Under the pieces are notes generated by a model. It was given only the letters and a program-made list of their open reading frames with translations, was not told where the DNA came from and did not search any database. 30,231 bases of DNA from an uncultured archaeon (lineage in GTDB: Archaea; Asgardarchaeota; Lokiarchaeia; Sigyniarchaeales; SOKP01): the NCBI GenBank assembly GCA_964583985.1, contig CAZOYD010000043.1, positions 1 to 30,231 on the forward strand, given 5' to 3'. A program made the translations under genes and the position numbers. Below, one piece after another: positions 16,911-25,994 of the stretch. Every line of letters starts with the position of its first letter. The first letter of the stretch is position 1.

Positions 16911-17561
16911 TTAGTCTCCTCCTTTTTTTAACCATTCATTTACGATTTTTACACCTTTAAAAGCATTATCGGTAAATGCATCTGCTTCCGCTTCTTTCAT
17001 CCACAACTCATCAACAGGTAATCCTCCAATGATTATTTTTACCTTCTCTCGAAGTCCATTTGCCTTTAAAAGTTCTGTAGTCTTTTTCATTGATTCTAAG
17101 GCAATTGTTAGTAATCCAGAATAAGCGACAACGTTCGCATTTTTTTCTTTAGCCCTTTCTAAAAATGTTTCAGGAGAAACATCTACCCCTAAATCATAAA
17201 CATCATATCCACCGACTTTCAAAAGAGTCACAAATATATTTTTGCCAATATCATGAACATCTCCTTTTACAGTTCCGATAACAACTGTGCCAACGTTATT
17301 TTCCCCCTTTTCCTTGGTTTTAAATGCGGGTTCAAGTATCTTTGCTGATTGTTGAAAAATTTCTCCCGCCATTACGAGTTCAGTCAAGAAATATTCTTTT
17401 CTACTAAATCTTTGTCCAATTTCTTATACTCCTTTTTTCAAAACTTCAATGATTTTATTGGGATCAGAGCCATTATCTACCATCTTTTTAACTAAGTCAT
17501 ATGATCTATTTTCATCAAGGTCTATTACGGCATTAACCAGTTCTTGTTCAATCTCTGCCAT
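16911..17561 (-). pseudogene. Corrinoid (B12-binding, MtaC/MtbC-like) protein interrupted by an in-frame TAA
   Basis: ATG 17561 gives MAEIEQELVNAVIDLDE...LKKGV*(TAA 17424-17426)EIGQRFSRKEYFLTELVMAGE..., then GDVHDIGKN (DxHxxG), YSGLL, IIIGG. GGAGG upstream of 17561. Confidence 0.8.
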
Positions 17562-17566
17562 TATGC

Positions 17567-17719
17567 TTATTTGCCTCCAAAAATGCGTTTTTTCATAAAT
17601 GATTTGATTAAACGACCCATTGTAAACGGCTTTCCATTCTTACCCCATAATACTTTTCCGATTCCAGCATTCATTTCATCTGGATCTGGGTATTTTGGTT
17701 TATTATCGAATTCTTCCAT
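17567..17719 (-). CDS. Small hypothetical protein (50 aa), first gene of corrinoid/MT2 unit
   Basis: MEEFDNKPKYPDPDEMNAGIGKVLWGKNGKPFTMGRLIKSFMKKRIFGGK; stops 5 nt before the corrinoid ATG, and its last codons contain that gene's GGAGG. Confidence 0.62.
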   Translation of the reverse strand: MEEFDNKPKYPDPDEMNAGIGKVLWGKNGKPFTMGRLIKSFMKKRIFGGK

Positions 17720-18142
17720 TGGTTATATCTTTTTTATAAAATACTAAAATTCCTTAATTGTAGATTTGTTTAGGTGCTATATATAGTTTTAACTCAAATA
17801 AGATACCATTAAAATTATAAATTTTTACAAAAAAAATGAAAATGTTATGTTTTATCCTTTTTTTTATTGAGATGGAAAGAGTTTTTGATATAAAAGTAAT
17901 GAAATCGTTATTTATTCCACTTTTTTAGTATCTTTCATTATTAGTGAATTGAGAGTTTCTATTCATAAATAATCAGGTATATAATTTCATCTCCCATTTT
18001 TGTCCCTTTGAATGATCCCTTTTTGTTCCCATTTGTTATGAAACAGTGATCGATATGATCGAAAACAATACATAAAAATGTCATAATTTATATATAGAAA
18101 TTCCTAATTTAATCATAGAGAAAAAAATTAAAAGAAACGAAA

Positions 18143-18403
18143 ATGCAAACTCAAAAAATAGACGATGTATTTGAACTTTATTACGAAAATATGAGGAAAT
18201 CAATCAAAGGAATAGAGGAGATTTTAAAGATTAATCTCCTGGAAAAAAATATCTATTATCAAATGGGTATGGATAATTTAAGCGCTCTGCATGAAAATAT
18301 CATAGAGCTCTTAAAGCATATGTATTCTCCCCGAGAAGTAAGAATGAAATTAAGAGAAATCGAATATGATGAAAAAATAACTCAAGAGTCTTTTTTAGAA
18401 TAA
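18143..18403 (+). CDS. Hypothetical helical protein, paralog of 24928-25200
   Basis: 86 aa; ungapped similarity to the 24928 ORF supports coding status. Confidence 0.82.
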   Translation: MQTQKIDDVFELYYENMRKSIKGIEEILKINLLEKNIYYQMGMDNLSALHENIIELLKHMYSPREVRMKLREIEYDEKITQESFLE

Positions 18404-18488
18404 GTTAATTTCTTGATTTTCTATTTCTTATTATAACAATACTTTTTCTAGATTTAAATTTTTTAAGGAATCCTGAATTATCAAAAGT

Positions 18489-19766
18489 ATGAAGATTATA
18501 AAAGGATATTCGCAGAAGATTGACGAACAATTCATTATCAGAATAGCTATTGATAATGATGAAGAAATTGAAAAAATAGCAAAATTGAATTGGATTGTGC
18601 ACGGGGATTTGGCAAAAAATAGGATTCCTCGCATATTTCAAGATCACCCGAAAAAGAAAGATATACTCTTTTTTTACATTGAAGACATTAATACAGAGCA
18701 AGCGATATCTTCATTGCTTCTTGAACCTCTAGAATGGTATTTCGATGATTTAATAGTTCCTATTTGTGAAATGGATTTTGTAGCAACTCTCCCTAAATAC
18801 CGTGGAAGAAATTTCATAGGATTATTGAATAAATTATATGAACAAGCCATGGAAGAAAGAGGTTATTTAATAACTGTTTTAAGGGGTATTCCAAATTATT
18901 ACAGAAGATTTGGATATGAATTCGTGTTCAATCTTGATGAACCAATTATTATAAAGAATAATTTGATTTTAGATGTCAATTATGGTGATTTATGCATTAG
19001 AAAAGCAACAGAGGAAGATATCTTATTTATTAAAGAAAAATATGAGGAATTCTTTTACAAATTCTATGTATCCAATAAATATGACCCTATTTCTTTTCAA
19101 TATAAATTCATGAATGAAGAGATTTCTGAAAATTTTTATTCTACTTACATTTTAGAAGAAAACAAGATTAAAATTGCAATTTTCTTCATAGGACGATCAT
19201 ATGATGATTCAGGATTTAATCTTATTGTACCACCTGTTTCTGAAATGAACATGAATAAAATATTATATTTTATAAAAACTGAATTTATTGATAAGCAAGA
19301 TATAAAAACCATTGAAACTAAATTCGATTGTAGTCTTGAAACGAGATTTAGGGAACATTTAATCAATTTGGGTGGAATCGCTGATTTAAATTATGGATGG
19401 CAAGTTAAGATTCCAAACTTAGTATATTTTATTAAACATATCAAATCATTATTAGAACAGAGAATTGAGGCTTCAGAAATCAAAGGGATCTCAAGAGATA
19501 TTAAAATAAGCAACTATCATGAGATTTTTACTCTTAAATTTAAGGAAGGAATGTTAACTGACGTAGTATCAGAAATAAAATTCTCTGAACCAGAAGAATC
19601 TGATGTAAAAATTCCCGGACCCATACTTTACAAGCTAATATTGTCATATAATTCATTTGATGAGATTAATTTTCTCATAAAAGATGCTATCCTCAAACCT
19701 GAATCAAAACTCATAATTAATACTTTATTTCCAAAAAAAAAATCATATCCAGAATCTTATTATTAA
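18489..19766 (+). CDS. GNAT N-acetyltransferase, Eis-like architecture
   Basis: FVATLPKYRGRNF acetyl-CoA motif, GIPNYYRRFGYEF; C-terminal SCP2-like region ending TLFP. Confidence 0.85.
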   Translation: MKIIKGYSQKIDEQFIIRIAIDNDEEIEKIAKLNWIVHGDLAKNRIPRIFQDHPKKKDILFFYIEDINTEQAISSLLLEPLEWYFDDLIVPICEMDFVATLPKYRGRNFIGLLNKLYEQAMEERGYLITVLRGIPNYYRRFGYEFVFNLDEPIIIKNNLILDVNYGDLCIRKATEEDILFIKEKYEEFFYKFYVSNKYDPISFQYKFMNEEISENFYSTYILEENKIKIAIFFIGRSYDDSGFNLIVPPVSEMNMNKILYFIKTEFIDKQDIKTIETKFDCSLETRFREHLINLGGIADLNYGWQVKIPNLVYFIKHIKSLLEQRIEASEIKGISRDIKISNYHEIFTLKFKEGMLTDVVSEIKFSEPEESDVKIPGPILYKLILSYNSFDEINFLIKDAILKPESKLIINTLFPKKKSYPESYY

Positions 19767-19805
19767 AACAAATTTAATTTAATTATTCTTAATTTTATAA
19801 TTCCA

Positions 19806-20807
19806 ATGACTGAAATTGAGAGATCAGAACCGCTCGATTCTATTCGATTTACTAGTATTGATGTGTTTAAAGGTCTTTCAATCGCCTTGATGGTATTTGT
19901 TAATACTTTATCTCCTTTTGATATGATTCCAAGTTGGACACATCATGCTGGTGAATATGGACTAACCTATGTTGATCTAATAGCTCCATTTTTTATATTT
20001 ATGTTAGCACTAAATTTCACATTATCCTTTAAGCGTCATTTAGAAAGTAATGGAAGGCGAAAAGCCTATATGAGACACTTAAGAAGATATTTGATCTTTA
20101 TTGGCATTGGTTTGTTTATGTTTATTGATGTATCGGAAAGTGGAATAATTTTGCGTTGGGGCACTTTGCAAGTATTAGGAATGTCAGGTCTCTTATTTTT
20201 ACCATTTGCAGAAGCAAAATCATCAATAAAGCTAATAATCGGATTATTTTATGTAACAATACATCAAATATTACTTTCTACTCCTCTAAGTATGGTCATT
20301 TATGATTCTATTGAAGGTGGGATTTTAGGATGCCTTTCTTGGGGTTCCATGATGATTTTTTCGAGTGTACTTGCAGAAGGATTAAGAAAAATTGATAAAT
20401 GGAAATATTTTCTTATGGGGGGTGCGTTATTTATGATAATTGGACTCATTACTAGTTTTTTTTGGGGAATCAATCGGGGATACATGACTTTACCATATGT
20501 TTTTATCTCTGTAGGAGCATCATCAATCCTCTATTATATATTATATTTATTATTTGAGCAACGTGGAAGAAATCCACCATTTAAAAATGAAAAAATTCTA
20601 AGTCCAAGCGGTAAAAATGCGTTTATGCTTTTTCTAATTCATATAATCACTCTTTATATCTTCTATGAAACGATACCATTTCTCTATGTTTTCTTAGTAG
20701 AAGATTTGAAATGGGTGGTGGTTATATTTTTCGCATTGTTAAATGTTTGCATCATTTTACTTATTGGATACATCTTAGATAAATACAAGATTTATCTTGT
20801 AATTTAG
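19806..20807 (+). CDS. Heparan-alpha-glucosaminide N-acetyltransferase-like membrane acyltransferase
   Basis: RFTSIDVFKGLSIALMVFVN, HHAGEYGLTYVDLIAPFF, WGTLQVLG; multi-TM. Confidence 0.82.
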   Translation: MTEIERSEPLDSIRFTSIDVFKGLSIALMVFVNTLSPFDMIPSWTHHAGEYGLTYVDLIAPFFIFMLALNFTLSFKRHLESNGRRKAYMRHLRRYLIFIGIGLFMFIDVSESGIILRWGTLQVLGMSGLLFLPFAEAKSSIKLIIGLFYVTIHQILLSTPLSMVIYDSIEGGILGCLSWGSMMIFSSVLAEGLRKIDKWKYFLMGGALFMIIGLITSFFWGINRGYMTLPYVFISVGASSILYYILYLLFEQRGRNPPFKNEKILSPSGKNAFMLFLIHIITLYIFYETIPFLYVFLVEDLKWVVVIFFALLNVCIILLIGYILDKYKIYLVI

Positions 20808-20880
20808 GATAATGAAACTTATCCAAATTAAATTCATAAACTGGGTATAGTTTTTATTTACATGATTATAATTTTATCAT

Positions 20881-21996
20881 ATGATTAGTCAATTTTATGA
20901 AAAAATGGCAAATTTAGCCGTGAACTATTCCATTAAGGTTAAAAAAGGCGATAGAATTCTAGTAATGGGACCAGCGTTAGCAAAAGAATTGTTTCAAGCA
21001 GTAAATATAGAAATTCTTAAAGCAGGAGGTTTTCCTTTCAACTATGCAAATATTGAAGGCACAGAAGAAATTCTTTTCAAATATGGTTCTGAAGAACAAC
21101 TTCAATATATCGATGATACTATAATTACAATATTTAAAACATTTAATGGAATGGTAAATATCTTTGGTGAGTACAATACTCGTAAATTTTCTTTAGTCGA
21201 TTCGAAATTAAAAGCTATATCACAATCATCTCCCAAAAGAAGAGAATTAATGGATGCTTATATGAGCAGAATGGCTTCTGGAGAATTTCATTGGGTTATT
21301 ATTCCATATCCTTGTAATTCATTTGCTCAAGAGGGAAACATGGACCTATTTTCTTATGGGGATTTCATTAAAAAAGCCTTGTTTCTTGATAAGGAAAATC
21401 CTGTAGCAGAATGGGAAAAAATTTTCAGGGAACAAGAAAAAGTTATTGCTAAATTATCTGAGTTCAAACCAGGAGAAATTCATGTATTAGGGGAGGATAC
21501 AGATCTCAAGTTATCAGTAAAGGGTCGCAAATGGCTAAATTCATGTGGGCATTATAATTTACCTGATGGAGAAATCTATACGGGTCCCGTAGAAGAATCA
21601 ATTAATGGAAAAATTAGATTCACGTATCCCGGAATATTTCAAGGTCAAGAAATTGAGAATATTTATTTGGAATTTGAAAATGGTAAAGTTAAAAAAGCTA
21701 CTGCAACTAAAGGAGAAGATTTGTTAAACGAAATTTTAAAAATTGAAGGTACGAATATAGTAGGTGAATTTGCGATTGGAACGAATTATGGGATTACTAC
21801 CTTTACAAAAAACATGCTTTTTGATGAAAAAATGGGAGGTACAATACACATGGCATTAGGATCTGGGATTAAAGAAGCTGGAAGTAAAAATGAAAGTGCA
21901 GTTCATTGGGATATCTTAAAAGATATGCGAATTCCTAGATCTAAAATTATTATTGACGGAACCACAGTTTATGAAGAAGGTCAATGGAAAATTTAA
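20881..21996 (+). CDS. Aminopeptidase, family M29 (AmpS/AmpT-like)
   Basis: NLPDGEIYTGP, GEFAIGTN, FDEKMGGTIHMALG, SAVHWD. Confidence 0.93.
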   Translation: MISQFYEKMANLAVNYSIKVKKGDRILVMGPALAKELFQAVNIEILKAGGFPFNYANIEGTEEILFKYGSEEQLQYIDDTIITIFKTFNGMVNIFGEYNTRKFSLVDSKLKAISQSSPKRRELMDAYMSRMASGEFHWVIIPYPCNSFAQEGNMDLFSYGDFIKKALFLDKENPVAEWEKIFREQEKVIAKLSEFKPGEIHVLGEDTDLKLSVKGRKWLNSCGHYNLPDGEIYTGPVEESINGKIRFTYPGIFQGQEIENIYLEFENGKVKKATATKGEDLLNEILKIEGTNIVGEFAIGTNYGITTFTKNMLFDEKMGGTIHMALGSGIKEAGSKNESAVHWDILKDMRIPRSKIIIDGTTVYEEGQWKI

Positions 21997-22012
21997 TTTC
22001 TCTTTAAAATCA

Positions 22013-22195
22013 TTAATGTAGAACAGAGATCAATAAATTCATGAATTCTTTTTTATCATTTTCTGATACAAAGTCCATCGCATAACGAATGGGAAAATTA
22101 TCATCATTGTCTCCATCTATAATAGTAAGCTTTCCCGGAACTATTTCAGTATCAACTTCTAAATGCATATCTATATATTTAAAAAATATACTCAA
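22013..22195 (-). CDS. Possible small hypothetical protein
   Basis: Protein-like composition (MHLEVDTEIVPGKLTIIDG...); start unclear. Confidence 0.35.
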   Translation of the reverse strand: MSIFFKYIDMHLEVDTEIVPGKLTIIDGDNDDNFPIRYAMDFVSENDKKEFMNLLISVLH

Positions 22196-22342
22196 TTACT
22201 CTCATATCCATATAAATTCATTGTTATTGAATTAAAATAATGAAATATGTTGAAAAAATTATATTTTTCTGACATTTTCGTGCAAAACTTTATATTGATT
22301 TCCTACTTAATTGAATTTTGGAGGATGTATCTAAAGAGGAAA

Positions 22343-22657
22343 ATGAATGAACTCGAAAAAAATATAATGATTTTTGAATTTGATGAAATTATTGAAGAAT
22401 TTAATGAAATTAGAGTTGATAGTCAAGAAATCAGAGATATCTTAAATTCTAATTTGATATATATCATCGTAAATCCTTTTAAAAAAGAGATTTTAATATA
22501 TCATGGCTATAATTCCAATGTTAGAATGAAATTCATTGCTACACAAGAAGCTCCAAAAATACGAGACAAATTTGGAATCGATTTTAAAATTTTGGCAGTT
22601 GATGAAGGCGATGATATTTCTGAAATCAAAGAAATTATTGAAATTATCAATAAATGA
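22343..22657 (+). CDS. Single-domain gelsolin-like protein (Asgard type)
   Basis: ILNSNLIYIIV...ILIYHGYNSNVRMKFIA...A..IR...VDEGDDISEI resembles the gelsolin repeat (L.S...YI, I.W.G..S, V.EG.E..EF). Start is ATG 22343 or 22325. Confidence 0.68.
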   Translation: MNELEKNIMIFEFDEIIEEFNEIRVDSQEIRDILNSNLIYIIVNPFKKEILIYHGYNSNVRMKFIATQEAPKIRDKFGIDFKILAVDEGDDISEIKEIIEIINK

Positions 22658-22692
22658 TGAGTTTTTTCATATTAAATAATTATTTTTCTATA

Positions 22693-24636
22693 TCAAACCA
22701 TTTCAGGAATTAATATTGAAAAATTACTTCCACTGGCACTTTCTCCATTAATTCTATCTTCAACCCATATCTTCCCATTATAAGATTCGATTATTCCTCG
22801 CACTAGTGACAATCCTAAACCCATTCCATAAATACTTTTTTCTTCATTATACCCTCTTTTAAAAATCCCTTCTTTCATAATATCATCTACTCCAACACCA
22901 TTATCAATAAATTCCATTTTAACATAATTAATTCCATTTTGTAGCTCTATTGAAATCCTAACGTTAATCTCTATTGTTGGATTCTGGTTATGCCTTATAG
23001 CATTGAATATAAGATTTTCAAATACATCCTCTAAAAAATCATTGGCTTTAACAAAAATAAAAGTTTCTATTGAATCGATTCGAATATCAAGATTTTTAGC
23101 TTTATAGGATTTCTTCACGGAACTTATTACACTATGAAATACATCAAGAAGTTCAATTTTTTTTAGATTTCCTTTTGCTTCTTCAAGTTGAGAAAGTTTT
23201 CGCACATTAGAAACCAACTTTGCTCCTCTCATAATTTGGTTTTTTATATTTCTAGTATTTTCCTTTAATTCTTCTTGTTTCTCATAATTGTCAAAAATTA
23301 AATTTCTGAGTTCCAATCCTGATAGAATAGCTTGTAAGATATTGTTAATATCGTGAGCAAATATATCTTTATAGAATTCTGCTCGATTGAACGCTACTCT
23401 ATATTTTTCTTCAGATTCGCACAATGTTTTTTCAACTTGTTTACGCTCTGTAATGTTTATGATAATTTCAATTACTTTTTCTAATCCACTATCTGAATCA
23501 AGAAATGGTGCTGAAATTATCTCATAATTATTTCCATCCGTACCTATTAATTCTGTAGACTCGATTGTATTATTTTTTAACGCCTTAATCATAGGACAGG
23601 TATCACAAGGAGCATTTAAACCCATATAATTCTCATAGCATAATTTTCCAGTAATATCGCCAAACTTTTCTATTAAAATTTGATTTTGAAACAAGATCTT
23701 ATAATCTTTATTAATAATATCAATACCCATTCCTACAGATGTAATTCCATCAATAAGATATCGATATTTTTCTTCAGATTCTTTTAATTTTTCTTCTATT
23801 TTTTTACGTTCGGTAATATCCAAAAGAGAAGCAACACTTTTTTTCGTCCCATGGATCATGTCTATAATTAAGAATATATTTCGAATATTACCTTCTTTAT
23901 TGATAAACCGAAATTCATACTTCTTTAATGTAGATTCAGAATCTATTCTTCGAGAATAATGGAGATCTTTCATTCTATCTAAGTCTTCTTTGACAACAAA
24001 TTCCGTCCACTTTTTTTTCCATTCGATCTCTTCTCTTGAATAACCAGAAAGTTCTTCAAACTGCCTATTTACAAGTGAAATCATGGTGTCTTCCTCTATT
24101 ATGACTGTCGCAGTTCCAGTATTTTCGAAAATTGTCCTATATTGTTCCTCAGAACTAGTAATTCTAATTTTTAAATTTTCATTTGATCTCTTTAATTCTG
24201 ATTCAGATTTTTTCAATCTTTCTAAGACTTCTATTTTATCCGTAATATCTTCTGTATGAACAATAACAAGATCCGGGGGAATAAAACCATATTTTACAGA
24301 TAAAAATTTACCTTCTCCTATAGAATCATAATCATACTTCATTTCTCTAAAAATACTAATCTGTTCATCAGCACATCGACGCAATTCTCCTAAGATTTCT
24401 GGTTGATCTTTATACATTTCAGAAGCTTTTATTCCTACATAATTCCCTATCTTTCCATTAGTTATTTTTTCAGCAGCATCGTTATAATCTATTAAAATTA
24501 AATCTTTGTCAATCTTTTGCCATGAATACGTGGGAATGGGGATTCCTTTAAATAGTGATTTAAATCTATTTTTTGAAGCTTTCTCTTTATTTTTTATATT
24601 CTTTCACTTTATATTATTTTGATCCTCTTTGATCAT
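22693..24636 (-). CDS. Multi-PAS sensor histidine kinase; N-terminus interrupted by in-frame TGA (24604-24606)
   Basis: H-box FAHDINNILQ, N-box ENLIFNAIRH, DNGVG, GMGLGL; three PAS-like segments. Frame is open from 24603; ORF track starts internally at 24417. Confidence 0.85.
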
Positions 24637-24927
24637 TGCTTATTAATAGATTCTTTCAGTTTCTTTATGCGTATAAGATTTGTTATTATTAAACATATAA
24701 AAAGCGAAATAACTTGTATTTAAATATGAGTTAATCGTCCTTGTACTACTTTATGAATCGATTATTAAAAAGAGAGCTCTTTTCATTATTCCATTATTAT
24801 AAAAATTGAGATGCATATTACAAAAAAGAAAAAATATCAATTGAGTGTTATATCATAACAGAAATCATTAAAAATAAAGACATTTTTAAATTTTCATTTT
24901 GTTTAGAAATTTTAGAGGTAAGCTATT

Positions 24928-25200
24928 ATGCAAAGTAAGTATACCCCACTTGAATTAACAAAACAAGCAATTTCTAATTTTGAGAATATTAAAGAATGTC
25001 TTAAAGGTTTATACGATATTTTACAAATTACAATCCCATCAAATAATATTTATTTAAAGATTGGAGAAGACAATATTGAGGCGTTATATCAAAATTTTCT
25101 CGAATTAATGACGAATGAATCTGGAGCTCAAGAGTTTATAGCGAAAATAAAACGTTTGGAAATCGATTTAGATAGTCCCCTTGAAGATTTTTTAAAATAA
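24928..25200 (+). CDS. Hypothetical helical protein, paralog of 18143-18403
   Basis: 90 aa; GAGGT SD upstream; similarity to the 18143 ORF. Confidence 0.82.
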   Translation: MQSKYTPLELTKQAISNFENIKECLKGLYDILQITIPSNNIYLKIGEDNIEALYQNFLELMTNESGAQEFIAKIKRLEIDLDSPLEDFLK

Positions 25201-25212
25201 ATCTACCTAAAT

Positions 25213-25839
25213 TTATTTTAATATTTTTCCTGTTTCTAAATACCATAAATATAAATCTAGTTCTGCCAAACTTAAGTTTAAATTCCTTCCCATATCTCTC
25301 AAGACATTTTCAATTTCAAAATAGTCCTTTTTAGTTAACGTTTTGGGTCTTTCAATTAAATTATGTTTTACCAGGACATCTATTATATGAAAATCTATAA
25401 TAGCATAATTATCATAACCAATATTTCTCAGAAAATGACTTGCTTCCTTGTATCCTAAACCTTTTATGTGTTCCACAATCCAATCTCTTAAAGAGTCATC
25501 CGAGTTAGATTGATTTAAGATTTGCTCTAAATCTGTTATAAAACTTCTTGCATTAATAATATAACTTGACCGAATATTAGGAAATCGATAACCACATTCT
25601 TTAAATTTTTTTACTAAATCTGATTCATTTAAAGTCAAAAAAGCTTCTTCCATTCGTTGATGAATCTCAATGCATTTTTCCGCTCCACAATTTGCCGTCA
25701 TGATGCAAAAACACATTTCCCTAAATATACTTTGGATTGATTCTTCTTTAAATGCAGCAAACTCTTTTATTCTCGTATTTATTATATCTGAAATTTCAGT
25801 ACCTTTTAAATTTATGATAGTTTTAACTAATCCCTCCAT
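25213..25839 (-). CDS. ogg: 8-oxoguanine DNA glycosylase/AP lyase (archaeal OGG2 type)
   Basis: EMCFCIMTAN, GYRFPNIR, HhH GLGYKEASHFLRNIG, IIDFHI, LDLYLWYLETGKILK. Confidence 0.93.
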   Translation of the reverse strand: MEGLVKTIINLKGTEISDIINTRIKEFAAFKEESIQSIFREMCFCIMTANCGAEKCIEIHQRMEEAFLTLNESDLVKKFKECGYRFPNIRSSYIINARSFITDLEQILNQSNSDDSLRDWIVEHIKGLGYKEASHFLRNIGYDNYAIIDFHIIDVLVKHNLIERPKTLTKKDYFEIENVLRDMGRNLNLSLAELDLYLWYLETGKILK

Positions 25840-25994
25840 AATAATGCAGGTTTAACTTTTTTATTGTTACTTCTCTTCTTTTTAATAAGAGAGAGATCTC
25901 TGAAAAATGTAATGCTTTATCATTATTAGTGCAAAAGCATTTTATCAGATGAAAAATTAATGATAATTATCTACATAGATTAGGAATAAATGAG

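Noticed and set aside
17424-17426. Possible pyrrolysine/selenocysteine recoding in the corrinoid gene
   Set aside because: Codon is TAA, which neither system uses.
17544-17747. 67-aa plus-strand ORF
   Set aside because: Antisense to the better-supported 50-aa ORF that is coupled to the corrinoid gene.
22180-22205. Possible homopolymer frameshift joining ATG 22205 (MRVIEYIF) to the 22013 ORF
   Set aside because: No homology to anchor it; too speculative.
22247-22342. N-terminal extension of the gelsolin-like ORF
   Set aside because: AT-rich, promoter-like sequence; SD-like purine runs precede the later ATGs.
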